Origin: Chromera velia
Lineage: Eukaryota
Length of the DNA: 55,492 bases
Direction: 5' to 3'
NCBI GenBank assembly: GCA_018398765.1
Contig: JAHBMJ010000137.1
Location: forward strand, 1 to 55,492
The position numbers and the translations under genes were made by a program. Shown here one piece after another: positions 11,363-24,207 of the stretch; positions within the stretch are counted from its first letter, which is position 1; every line of letters starts with the position of its first letter. The notes beneath the pieces are model-generated. The model worked only from the letters and a program-made list of their open reading frames with translations, ran no database searches and was not told the origin of the DNA.

Positions 11363-13993
11363 AAAAAATAAGGAAAGAAGCAAGGAAGGAAAGAAAGAAG
11401 GAAGAAAATTCACCCACTGCCTGACTGACTGAGGGTAAAGTTTTCTAATGCCGTTTTGGGTGAAGGCTGAGAATTTTCCGATACATACAGGCTTGCCGGC
11501 GTCCACAAGATCGTCGATGGACAGAATCGGCGTCTCGGTGTCAGCCTGCATTATGCGACGTAAATTACTTGCGTCAAGCGAGGTCTCAGTTCGTGGTCTT
11601 CTCAATTAGATGACTTCCAGACAACCGTTTGAGACAATCAGACCCAAAGGCGTCCCTCTTGATGCCTCCCCAGAATGGTATGCAGTTTCCGTTTTGACTA
11701 AGCGTGTGGTCTTGCGGCTAAGAGAGATTGGTCTTTGCACCAACCGAGGGACGTTGAGGAATCGTACTCGGTAAGTAGTGCTGAAATATAAGGTCGCCGC
11801 TGTGCTTTCTGGAGAAAATGTTGAATGGACTGACAGCTTTGATGAGGAATGTTGCGAGGTTTGCCGTGTAGGCAGCCCCAATGATGAAGGCAAGAAGGGA
11901 GAACAGAATGACGTGGAGCTTGGCAAGTCCGGAAAAGGGGGAGGGGTTTGGACCCAGTTGAGCAAATGCCATTGCCTGCATACAGAGAATGGAAGAGAAC
12001 GTTCCACGATCTGTTTGTAGGTCCACATACAAAGAGAAATCTGTGCAACACTTCAGAGAAAAGAGTAAGTGTAAAGTGACGAAGAAAACGAGAAGCACAT
12101 GAAAGAAATCCACACATTCCAAGAGCTGGATTCCACTGGATTATCTTTGACATCCGGCGAGGTTTCCACCTGACTTGCAGGAAGGAAATGCAGATGTTTC
12201 TCTAGCTGAATATGCAAACGAGAGATGCATGGAGATTGGGGGACATTAGTGCCGACCAGCTCCACATCGTGTGTCCAAAAACACTCGATCATCAATAGAA
12301 TCATATGTATGTACAATGCATGAAAGAACAATGCGCTGATCGAAATGAAGTTTGATTTTCCCATCAAGCTAGCTAGTGTTGTCTGGATGACGGACGGACC
12401 TGCATGAAGACGGAAGAGCCGATTCCTGGGAACTTTTGCGTGTCTGCTTCGGGTCTCTCGAGAGGGTCAATCAGCTCGAGGGCCGCCTCCTCGTCCCACG
12501 ACATTTGCTTTGGAATGATGTCGTGTTCAATTCTCTGCTCAACCTGGACGCTCTTCATTGACTGGTCCCGCATGACGGGAGTCATCTCGCCTAAGTCTTC
12601 CTCCTCCTCTCTCGCCGCCTTTTCCTCATCGCACTTCTTCTGCAAGTTTTTCTGATTTAACTCGAGATCCCGAATGCGAGTCAGAAGGTAGGCGTACTTC
12701 TTTCTCTTCAAAGTCACTTTCCTGAGGACATACTCTTGCCAATGGTTCCTTGCTTCCTCCCGTCTGTCTCTGTCAACGTACCTGCATCCACCAGCACATT
12801 GACAGGAGAAGAAGAGGCATTCGTTGTCACTTGTGATGCGTGGAGTCGGGTCGGGGCACACACTACAGGTCACAAAAATGACAAAAAGCCCAAAGAAGGC
12901 TGAGGAAGAGGTTCAAAAGAAGGCATCGATCAGGACGCAGAGTAGCGAACGTTCTCGAAAAAACCAGCAGCCTGACTGCCTGCCTGACTGACCAATGAAT
13001 GAACCCAGCTCCGACGATCAATGCGAAGAGACAGAGCCAGACAAAGGGCGAGAAGGGTTCGATGAATGTGGCCATCTTGGTCAGAATGTTCGATTCCAAT
13101 TCTTGAGGCTTCTCTGCCAGCAGCATCTCTCCTACGTCAACATAGTGATAGGCCCATGCGGCGTTGTTAGTTGATCTGGTGTAGGTCTCTGTCCAGAAAG
13201 TGCCCAGCCAGTCTGCATCCATCGATCCATCAACGCATTCAGTCTGAGTATAGTTATTTCATATATATGAATTCGATGGATTCAATTGATACACTAAACT
13301 GCTGCATTCCGGTGAACATACATGCTTGGAGTGAATCCATCGATCTAAAATCACACAAATTTGCATTTGAAAGAGGGTACCACCAAGCGAAGGGACACTT
13401 CTTCCGCATTTATCGAACTAACTTAACTTAGGTATGGATCGACGGACCGTAAGTGTGTGCTTCTAGGGTCCTCTTGAGCAGGTCGTCCCAAGACTCTCCG
13501 CTGCTAGGCTCTCCCAGATTCGCAATACTGACTGAGAACCCTCCCCTCCTTGCGAGTTCGTTGATGACATCATAGGAGAATCCTGTTTGGGTGGAATAGT
13601 CACCGTAAGGAGGGTAGTTGGGATCGAAGGCAACTTTGAATGTCTTCCCCTTGATCGCGTCCACAGCTGACAGAGAGGAGTCAGCTGCAACCATACGATC
13701 AAGAAGTGATCAATCAGAATATCGGTCCACAGAATCCCATTCGTTGGATGTTTACGCTGTAGGGCGCACATGTGCATGTGGTGCGCTGAAGAGAATGCAT
13801 GCATGAAGGGATCAGAGACCTGCAAGGTGTCGGGAAGCGCTGCACAGGTTTACAGCGCTTCTGTGTATTCCGATAACTGACTCCAGCTTGCATCTGATGC
13901 CTCTTGGGATCTATTTGAGAACCCTGTGTTCCTTTGATCTGTTCGTTTGTAGCAAGCACGCAGTTAACACACACACGTATACTCGCGCATTTA

Positions 13994-14026
<33 letters not shown>

Positions 14027-14164
14027 ATATATATTCAGACACGAACCATCAATCGCATCTCTCACTTCACATGACGCCGTGGGTGACGTGTACGTGGTGG
14101 TGCTTCGTGAGGGAGTTTGGAGTAATACACCCAGGAGGATGGAGAGCCCCGCAGCACGAAGCAT
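9021..14164 (-). CDS. Ionotropic glutamate receptor-like ion channel (GLR/iGluR, no large ATD), multi-exon
   Basis: Signal peptide MLRAAGLSILLGVLLQ at 14164. S1: KTFKVAFDPNYPPY...GFSYDVINELARRGGF and YDWLGTFWTETYTR. M1: FIEPFSPFVWLCLF. M2: VFMQ|AMAFAQLG. M3: AAYTANLATFL (SYTANLAAF motif, ~11876..11843). S2: PILSIDDL...CDMRIVG...LNVHLLEMEEDG. M4: LTVDAFSGLFAVYGFLAF. TAA at 9023..9021. Exon use between 14066 and 13694 is not resolved. Confidence 0.9.
9909..9998. repeat. Compound (CA)n(GA)n intronic microsatellite (representative of many)
   Basis: Similar arrays at 7962-8033 (GAGT), 11130-11400 (CA, GAAA/GGAA), 17985-18150, 18843-18925, 31514-31570, 31915-32030, 33505-33690, 39710-39916 and 46354-46532. 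Confidence 0.95.
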
Positions 14165-14868
14165 GGCGCCGTTCGACGCTTCTGTTCCGATCGAAAGGTT
14201 GGAGTCGGCTTTGCTCTTACTCGATTCTACCGCCTCACGGGAGTTTCAGACTGATCAACCATTCTTTACAATTATATAGAGCACGATCTAGCAGAGCGAA
14301 GGGTAGTCTTGAAAAAGGATCGCTGATTCCCATACATGAAGCAAGAGCCTTCTATATATATGTAAGAGAGAGAGATGGCCCTCAGATGGGTCAAGGTCAT
14401 GCATCCTCTCTGTATCGGTCCATCTGCCTTATTTCGGTCGCGCGACGGATGGACGGATCGAAGGTCGCGTCGATCGACGCACGCGCGCGCTCTGCCCGCG
14501 TACGCGTGCGTCCCCAACCGGCTCCATCAGACTGCATGCATGCATGCGACACATGTGTCCTTCTCGATCTCCGTTGAAGTTCTCTGTACGTCAATTGCAT
14601 GACAGGTAAACATACATACGAGAGCCTCTCAAACGTTGGACAGGCACAATGACCGATGGATCTCATAGAACGGAAAACCTGCAATCCCACCAGTACCCGT
14701 CTACTCGGCACTTATGTATATATTCAAGTGTTGCTGGAATCTTTACACATGCATGCATGTGTATACAGAGACTGAAAACTGTTGCGTTTCAAACTTGCAC
14801 TCCTAGAGTGTTTAACCTTGGTTTCGCAGGTCTTATGAAGCATGTAAATGTCTTTTGAAAACGGGTAG
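14165..14868. promoter_or_regulatory. Putative bidirectional promoter (iGluR / kinase)
   Basis: About 700 bp between divergent ATGs. Contains TGCATGCA copies (~14533, ~14750), a TATATA tract and a CG-rich cluster at 14440-14510. Confidence 0.5.
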
Positions 14869-17800
14869 ATGGGCACCGGCAACTCAAGAGGAAGTGGGAG
14901 GGTCTTCAGAAGCCACTCACCTCCCTCTCAAAGTGAACTCGGAAACAGAGTGTCCCCCGTTGTCCCCCCAGCTCGCCCAGACGTTCACCTAGACGGTGGC
15001 TCCTCTAACACATCCGAGTTCAGTGCGGCCTTCGGCGCTCACTGGCAAGGAGGAAGAGAAGGAGCCCATGCTCGCAGACCTCAGCCCGCTGTTGCTTGGT
15101 CAGACACCTCCTCCTCCCCTTCCCCGCCTTCCTCGAAGTCCGACCCCCGTCCCCCCCCACTGCCCCTTGACCCCCCGAAAGACTCAGCAGAGAAGAGCCG
15201 AGGCACTGATCCAAAGCAGCAGAGAGATGAGAATCTCCCCCTCGACCCCCAAAAGGAGGAGGCAGAGAAGCTTCCTCAGCAGCCAGTGTCGCTTGAGGGA
15301 CTGCTCATGTCTGACAACTATTGGACTCTAGAGGAGGCAAGGCACTATGCAAAGTGGCGACTGCAGCGTCAGGCACAGAAGCTTCTTTCGCATCAAAGAA
15401 CAAGACTGCGCCACGCGCTTGATGCTGCAACAGCGAGATTGAAGGGAGAGGCAGAAATCGAGGGTGAAGGAGAAGGAGAAACCGCCGAAGACGCACAACC
15501 ACTGCGCCCGCCATCCCAGCACCATTCCCGCCGCCGTGCAGGCAGCAGTGGTAGTGGAACAACAAGCAGTCACGTTGGTGAAATAGGAGAGGAAGTCATA
15601 CCGAAGGGAATCGTGTTCTTTGAGGAAGCCTTTGTATCTATTTTTAATTACACTCAAGACGGTTTGTGTGGGGGGGGAAAGAGAGGCAGGTTGAGTTCCC
15701 TGCCTTCCATGGCGGGTGGGGAAAGGGGAGGATGTTTCTCAGGGGATTCTGCTGTTGGCTTCGATCCGAACGAGGAGGGAGGGTTCATGCAGCACAGGCG
15801 GCCTCACGATGATGAGGGAGGGGACGGGGAACGCGCAGGGCCTTTTCCCTCTCAGCCGCCGCAGAGGGAACACACAGAGTCTGTAGTTGTGCATGATTTT
15901 TCTGTAAATAAAGGAGGTTTCGATAAATTATACACGTCCTCCGACAGGGACGGTGCTTTCGCACGGCGCCGTTCCGATCCAAACTTTCTGTTCGGGGGCG
16001 GACAAGCACACTGGGTTCCTTTAAATCTCATCGGAAGGGGGACGTCTGGGACGGTCTATGGGGGTTTGGTCATGAGCGTGCCTAGTGGGGGGGGAACGGG
16101 GCCATTAGAGAGCTTCAGCAGGGTGTCGACCTCCATTCTTGCGGTGAAGAGTGTGAGCTTGACCACCCGGGCCGGGGCTGCCCCCAGTGTTTTGTTGCAG
16201 AAGTTGAACAACGTATGCAGAGAAATCGATCTGCTGACTGAGGTGCGTCACAGAGAAGAGAATAAAAACAGAACAGACCGACAGATAGTCATATTGAAAG
16301 GTCTGCTGTATTCCTTTCATTATCTACAGGGGGAAGCAAGCAGAAGTCCGGACGAAACCGATTGTGGGACCAGGCAAGACAGTCGCATCCAATTTTTTTT
16401 TTTTTCTGACTGAAGATCTCCATTGTTTTTCTTCTTGTAAGCATTCATGTTCAGTGCCGATTACTCGAATGAATGATTCTTTCTCTCTCCTCATCAGACT
16501 TCTGCGATTTTTGCTGTCCGTCCACCCTGTTTGCTTTTGCCCTCACTTACCAACCCCCCCTCCCCTCCTCTCTCTCTCTCACTCTCTCTGTGCGTGTGTG
16601 TTTGCTACAGCTGCGACACCACCACGTTTTGAATCTGATTGGTTATGAACTGGACCGACAAGTCAGTAAATTACGTTTGTTCACGAGTGGTCGCTCTTTC
16701 CCGGATTATCTGTCTGTCTGCTTTTTTTTTTGTGATTCATTTCACATCGAACCATATGCAGATCGAAAGGCAAAGAAATTGACAGGAGAAAAAACAGACG
16801 GATTTATTGACAGCGTCACTAAGGAAAGCATGGATGGATTGATGGATGAATGGAGAAAGGATCAAGTGGAGCAGGAATGCATGAATGAACTGGGGCAATG
16901 AAGCAAGGAGAATGATCCCAAGAATGAAATGTCGAATGAACACATCTATCTCTCCGTGGAGTTTTGAATGGCGCACTCTGAGGGATCCAAAGAAAGTCGA
17001 TAGATAGGTCCTCTTTTCTTAATTCTAGTCACGAAGAAGTCCATTTGGGATCGCAACTCTTCCTTTCCCTCTCTCTCCCCCTCCCCCCCCCCTCTCTCTC
17101 TCGTCTCACACCAACCCGAGTAAATCTAGCTCTCTTCTGATGTGCTCCCGTCATAGTTCGATGAGAGAAGTGAAGTTCATCTGACACATTTTCGCCTTAG
17201 CCATTCCAGTACAAATATGCCCATGCATGTCTTTGTTTTCCTCCCTACCCCCGACACCCCTGCCTGTCTGGCTGCATGCAGGAGGGCAACTTGAATCTCT
17301 TCACGGAACTCCTAGAGGGGGGGTCCGTGGCGTCCCTGCTGGAGAAGTTTGGACCTTTTTCTGAGGACTTGACCAGAAAGGTCAATCAGACGAGTGCTTT
17401 CTTTGAGAATGTGAATTGAAGACCTCCATCCCGCTTTGTCTTCTGAATCTTGATTGTACACGGCTAGCCTCAGCCCCATTCTTATACCCCCAGCAGGACC
17501 ATTAAGCGAAATTGGGACTAGAGAAGGGAAAGAGATTGATGGACTGTCACGCAGAGGGACGGACAGGTGGCAGAGGGGCGGGACGCGAATTGACGAAATA
17601 ACAGCGACTAGGGCTTTCTCACCCAAGTAGATGGATTTGTTGTTCAATTCAAGAGTATAAACATGCTCCCTCCCTCTTTTGCGCTTATCCGCAAACGATG
17701 GAGGGAAAACCAACCCTTCCTGACTAAAACTTGACTGACCTTTGTCTGTGCGTGCAGTTTACACGGCATGCACTGAGGGCTTTGGAGGTCGTGCACGCGT

Positions 17801-18006
17801 CTGGAGTGATTCACAGAGATGTGAAGGGACAAAATCTTTTGGTGTCTGCGGATGGGCGATGCGTTCTCTCCGATTTTGGGTGGGTGCGGGGTGGGATAGT
17901 AAGCTTCTTGGTTTGTTTCTTCTCTGTTTCCATCCGTCCCATTTCCTTTTCTCGTTTTGCAGAAAAAGTGTTCCTTTCTTGCATGCGCACGCACACGCAC
18001 ACACAC

Positions 18007-18049
<43 letters not shown>

Positions 18050-18080
18050 ACACACACGCACACGCACGCACACACACGCA

Positions 18081-18114
<34 letters not shown>

Positions 18115-18115
18115 T

Positions 18116-18150
<35 letters not shown>

Positions 18151-20453
18151 TACAGAGACAGGAAGACTGCGAATGCACTTGAACTGAGTGCGCTTCATCT
18201 GATTTGCTTCTCCTGCATGCATCAAAACCGGCTGCAGTGTCTACCAGGCTCTGTCCTTCCCCTCCTCGTTTGTGCAGAACGGCAGTGAGGCTGGAGGGAC
18301 AGGAGGAGGAGAGAAAGAAACAAGCAGGCTCACCGTACTGGATGGCCCCGGAAAGCATCAGACCTTCGGAGCCATACGGCAGGCAGGTGGATATCTGGAG
18401 TCTTGGGGCAACGGGTCGGTCTGTTCATTTTTTCGACAGGGAATGAATTGCTGTGTTGTTTCTTTTTGCCTTGTGGATTTCTTGGATTGTTGTGTTTATT
18501 TCAGATCCAACCAGACAGATCCTCTTCGCCTTGTCCACAGCAATGTGCTTTGTACATGTATGTGTATTTGCATGTGCATACGTACTTTTATGTCTCTTTT
18601 TTCCTTATTTTCCGTTTAGTTCTCTTCTCGAGAAATGCGTGTTCACAGATGCGTGGATTTCTGTAGGTATGTATAAATGTATGTATGTATGGCTGGATGG
18701 GTTGATGCAGTGATTGAGATGCTGACGGGAGAGCCCCCGTTCTCGTCCATCAAGAACCCCTACAGACTTTTCATCCATGTTACCAAACAGAAGGGAACTC
18801 CTGAGGTGCCAGAGGTCGGCAAGCGAGATCCTGGCTTACACAGTGAGTGAGTGAGTACGTGAGTGAGTGAGTGAGTGGGTGAGTAGGTGAGTGAGTGAGT
18901 GAGTGAATGAGTGAGTGAGTGAGTGTCTCACACAGGCAGTGGACAGAGATACAGAGACAGACTCCTTCTGGGCTGTCTTCACAGTGTGGTTGCCGCTTTC
19001 TTTTGTCGATGTTTCGTCTTCCTCGTCTTGCTCTGTCGTCTCTTCATCCCTCTTTACATCTCTCTGCACCCCGCGAGCCTGCCACTCTGGCTGATGGTCT
19101 GTCTCTCTGTTTTCTCGTCCACGCGTGTCTGTATTTTAGTGTGTTTTCTTTGTGCCAACGACAGAGTGAGTGATGCTGCTTGTGTCCCTCCCTCATTCAT
19201 CTAATTTTGTCTGCCTGCAGTCCGTCAGCGACGCTTGCAAGGACTTTCTCTCCTTGTGTTTCAAACGCGACCCCTCAGAAAGACCAAACGTCCGCGCTCT
19301 CCTCAGGCACAGATTCATCACCACCCAAAACCCTACCGCAAAAAACCAACAAAGGATCCCCGCACTCCTCACGAAAGGTTCCAACGACCCCACACCCAGT
19401 GGGATCATGTCCCCCATCTCAGCAGACGCCCCCCCCCAGTCCCTCAGCCCCTCAGCTCTGGCTGCCCGCAGGATGAGCCCCGTGATGGGCATCATCGTCA
19501 CTCAGGACGCCGGTCCTGAGGGTCAACCCCCGAGCGGCTTCAGTCCCCCTAAGCCCAACTCACCTCCTTCTGAGTTTCCCCCCTCGGTGCGAAGTTTCAC
19601 CTCAGCGCTTTCCTCTGCGTCGAGTACAGGGAGTCACGTAGACGGGGGGGCAGAGAAACGGAGAGAAGCGGAAGGGAGGCCCACTGTAGGGGATCTATCA
19701 CCTCCCAAAAGGAGAAAGGGGTCGATGCTTTCTTTCACGTCTCCGCTGGGAGAGACATCAGCCGTCTCTTCAAAAAGCAGACGGAAGAGCGTCGCGACGT
19801 CTGGAGCCAACAGGAGTTCCGTGGATCCTGAAGAGAACAACGGGGGAGGGGGGAATACTCGAATCGTTATATCCAATCCACGTGAATGGGGAGGCCAGGA
19901 TTCAGACACAGCTGCTTGTAATCCTCTACAGTGGCTCTGGTATCCTAGTACTGTTCCTCCTACTTTGCCTGCTGACATTGTCACTATCCCTTTGCAGGGT
20001 GAGGGTGGAGGTCAGACTGAATTTTTGCGTGTCATTCTTGTCCAGTCATCAGCTGCCCGGATGGGTAACGGGGGACCTGAATTTCCGGGGTCCACCCCGA
20101 TGCACCATCGTTGCCTGACTGACCCCTCTTTTCCCCAGAATTCCGCCTGCGTCCCCCCATGGTTGCTGCAGAACGCAAGCACGGGAGGAACCCCTCGTCC
20201 AATGACCCCCCAGAGACAGGATTCAAAACAGCAAACACATCATGAACAGATAGCTGCAATGACACCCAAGAGGGAGAAGTCAATGACTCCCCGCATGACC
20301 CCCCGCACAGAGAGAAGACGTCTCATGGCCTCCGGGAATGCGCCCCTTCCCTCGGTCCAGGTTCCCTTCTCTGCGCGCAGCCCGGACGGACGTGGAGGGC
20401 CTGACCAATCTCCACTTGCATCGCGCAGTTCGTCACTAGTCGACCCTTCTTGA
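14869..20453 (+). CDS. STE-group Ser/Thr kinase, MAP3K (STE11/NPK1/CDC15)-like, at least 7 exons
   Basis: Exons approx. 14869-16242, 16611-16661, 17282-17380, 17758-17879, 18279-18414, 18711-18814 and 19221-20453. They join to [89 protein letters not shown] and [11 protein letters not shown]-terminus MGTGNS. Confidence 0.92.
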
Positions 20454-21994
20454 CATAATCAAGGACCTATGTTATTTAATCCGTCGCTTGATCTGCGCCT
20501 GCGGCCTGTCCCGTTCCGCATGTGTGGCTGGCAGTGCAACGGAGAATTTGCCTCAGCTAACGCTGCAATCTGGACCTTTGGACCAGAACAAAAAGAACTC
20601 GCCTAAGAGTCGCCTTGCATCACTCAGTGGACTTCAAAAATCGCTCAATTTGGATAAATCATTTTTAGTTGAAGATTATTTGTGGAAATGTTTGAAGTGT
20701 TTTTTTGAATCTAGTTTCAAATATTGTATCATTAATCATTTATGTAGAAATGTACGTCATATGTAATTAATTTGTGTTACAATGATTATGGGTAGTAATA
20801 CGTAGGATTATATATATTTTTTATTTTTATATTTTCTTAATTCAATTTAAATGGCTTATATTGTATATATAATATTTTGTATAATACATACACGTTTAAT
20901 TTATAAAATCAATGTTTTTCAACATTTCACGCGTACTTAGCTTAAATAATTAAATTGTATTTTTCTTTAAAAAAAAAAAAAAGAAAATCTTGCTAAACGA
21001 AATAGTCAAGGTAGCTAGGTCGGATAACATTTAAGTTTGAGTAAGACTTAGTTTGACAACTGAGTTTGTCATGATGTGTGAGTCTTTGAGAATAGAACCA
21101 TGTTCTTGCCCAGAATTTCTTGGGGGGTTGAATGAAAGTCATGGTTAGTTGGTTAGAAATCTGGGTTAAACTTATGCGCTGTATAGATTAGTTAGGGTTA
21201 GTGTGGATATGAATATATATTCCAAACAAGATGATCTCTATTTTAAAATAATAAAATCTGAGTTTGAACTTTGATAATTTGGGGTCAAATCGGTTAAATC
21301 CTAGATCTAACGTTGGTGTTAGCAACGCTAGATCCCAAGCCACTGACAAGCCTTTGAGCACAACCCAACTTTGAAGTACTTTGAAGCATTTTCAAGCTAT
21401 ATATTTGAAGATCGCTCTGAAGCTTTGCATATGGTTCTGACAGCCGCAACTTCAGTGAGAGTCGTCGTGAGACGCGGTCGACGGTTGGGGCCGTTGGGCC
21501 CACCAGCCCACTTCTGCGAAGGGTGCAGCCCGCGCGCACACCAATTCGCTCCGTCCCCGACCGGCTTCATGCACTGCATGCATACTGCATGCACACCGAT
21601 ACAGAGGGCAAATTGAACGAGAGCAAATTAAGTGCTCACAAAGTTGAGTGAGTCAATTGAATCCATTGATTGGCTCATGAGAGAGGCTCCTCGCCGATTC
21701 ATTCTCCCTGTACTGCCATTTGTGGTCTGATTTCTCTTGCGGCCCTCCTCCCCGTTTGATTCAAAGAGGTTGAATATATATGTGCAGAAATAATCAAGAG
21801 ACTGTTGGAGTCGGACAGCAGTAACCTCGTATGTCGGTGCAACCGTCAAAAAGTGCGGCTGGGATGAGCACCTCCGGCAAATTACGACCTTTGTTGACTG
21901 ATCCCGTGTGCTTAACATTCTCTTAGGCTGTGACGGAGAAGGCAAGAGGACACACAGTCGGAGTCGGGACTTCCAGCGGGAGGTCTTGAACAGC

Positions 21995-24207
21995 ATGCGG
22001 TTGTGCTCCCTTCCCGTCAGTCTGCTCTGTCTCCTTCTTCTGGGGTCCCTTGCCAGAGAAAAAGCGGAGCAGACAGATGGCAGAGAGGGGCTCTTTGAGG
22101 GATCGTACGGTCAGCGAACCCAGCGTCGCATGTCCTTTGTGCAACGCAGCCAGTATGGAAGGTCCAAAACCATGAACAGCCTAACGGTAAGAGGACATAA
22201 AGTGACCAGCGCCGTCGGGGATGGTGGGCGCGTGGCAGTGAAAGCTTTTGAGGACACCCTTGAGGCGATGCCGTGGGCTCACAGTCTGAACAGAAAGGGG
22301 GACGAATGGAGAGACAAATGGGAGTCGGTGTCCCTTGCGTTGAAGAGATCCGTGCAGACGCTCCCGAACATGAGGGACAAGACGTTGAGAGAGTTGCTGA
22401 ATGAAATTTTCCAGAAACTGAAAAGTGGCGACTTGACTGGCTCACTAGTTCGTGAGTATGCGCGTCCTCTGTTCAATCGATTGACAACAGTGGGGGGGAG
22501 TCTGGATGGAGAGGTCACGGCACTCGTTGAAGCCGAGTCGGACGATGTGGAAGACACTGAGGTGGACAGTGCCAGTATAGAGAGTATGGAGACGCGAATG
22601 ACCGCCGTCTCCTCAGCAGCCTTAAGTGCAGACGAGACGTTCAGTTGTCTGCAGGAAATGAAGGTTTTTGGAAAAGTGAGGGCCACGTTGGAAGAAAAGT
22701 TGGCAGATTTAAGAGAAGCTCTGGATGAACAGATGAGGCTATTTGTCAACGATCAATGGGACAGATTCATGGACTATAGCGCCACCTCTTTGATGAACAA
22801 ATTCAAGGAGAAGGCAGGAGAGCAGCTCTTTAGCATGGTTCAGAAAGGAATGGGGACTGGATGAGCGTGTGGGCACTTCCCTTTCTGCTCTGTGCCTAAG
22901 TGAGGTCCGAAAGTACAAAAAATACGAGAAGAAGAAAGCAGACCCCCCTGCAGACTTCTGCTCAACACGTGGAATGGGCACATCGGACTTCCTTGTTAGA
23001 GCGTCAGTCCGCAGCGTCTTGACCTTCCTCACAGATAAGCTCTTCACGCTGGTGCACGAGAAGATCCTTTCCCCCGTCATCAAACAAGCCCGGCAAATTG
23101 TGAATGCAGTCCTGTCCTCACTCATGCAAGTCCTCGACGGTCTCTGCGGGCTCATCCCTGAGTTTGGGGGGGTTGTGTGCTCTCTTGTTTCCGTTGGGGC
23201 ATCCAATTTTGGCTCGTGGTTACTGTCCAAGCTGGCAGACAAGGAACTTGCCGATTGGATCAAGACCATTAGGATAAAAGTCGAGAAGCGTGTCCTCCCA
23301 TGGGCAGACAGAGTCACAAAGAGAGTCATGACGGCAATCCAACGCAAGGCCGCATCAATTGGTATGGGGGGTACCCCCTTTTCCCCAGAGTCTCTGACCA
23401 CCGATCTCTCCTCACCCTCCCTTCCACCCGACTACACGGACCGTGAACTTTTTGCCCCCCCCCTTCCCCTGGAATACTCAGGACGCGACCTCGGCCTCTC
23501 CCCACCCCCCCTTCCCGACTACCCTCCCGCCTTTCTAGAAACAGGCAGCACCGCCGAACCCGGCAGTCCCGACCTCGACCTTTCTTCCGACGCTGACTCT
23601 GCTGACCCTGCAGGCTGCTGGGAGCAGGAGGAGATGCCAGCCTGACAGACACAGAGTCGGGCCGAGGCAGGCTCCTCGCTCCGGTGCTTCGACTGATGAA
23701 GAACGGGTTGCAGATGTTTCTCGGTTCTCTGCTCCCAAAGCTTCAAGAGGAGTACGAAGATTGTGAGGAAAACCTCAGATGGCTGCACGATCTAGTCGAA
23801 AGCCGAGTCTGTCAGCCAACGCTTCCAGTCGCAGGAAGCATGCTCGCCTCCTCATCAGACACGCTCATCCCCGCCGTGTCTTCACCGTCCACTCTCCCTC
23901 AACCGGATCAACCAAGCACAAGCGATGTGACCTGATCATTCCGTACAGTGGGGAAAACCAGGCGGAAATAGAGCAAGGCACGCAAAGGTTTTGGGACGGG
24001 GAATGGAGAGGGTGTAACAGTAACAATTCGCCCTTAACGGTTGTGATAAAGCCTATGCGGAGTCGAATTTCGCAACGAGCGTGTGCAGACTTTGTCGCAG
24101 GAATAGCTCCGAAGCTTGCAATTAAATATCAGAAACACAATATCATCCTCGATGTCATCATCATCATACGCCATCGCCATCGGCCCACTGGCATGATAGG
24201 CGTCTAG
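21995..24207 (+). pseudogene. Intronless secreted helical protein broken by about 3 frameshifts (pseudogene or assembly indels)
   Basis: Signal peptide [20 protein letters not shown]. Removing one G at GGGG 22852-55 gives GMGLDERVGTSLSALC. Adding one base near 23613 gives ADPAGLLGAGGDASLTDTESGRGRLLAPVLRLMKNG. A further shift near 23920 gives CDLIIPYSGENQAEIEQGTQRFWDGEWRGC. The 3' end is uncertain. Confidence 0.7.

Noticed and set aside
10995..11432. ORFs of HT, CV, RE, KERK or FLS repeats here and at 17644-18358, 39608-40110, 46283-47005 and 47436-47945
   Set aside because: Translations of microsatellites and minisatellites, not genes.
11546..11834. Apparent frameshift/stop in the iGluR after M3
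   Set aside because: Resolved as an intron (gtcagt...atgcag) joining FLIKA to ADTETPILSIDDL.
21191..21201. Telomere-like TTAGGGTTAG (also TTTAGGG near 41611)
   Set aside because: Isolated one- to two-unit matches in AT-rich DNA, expected by chance.
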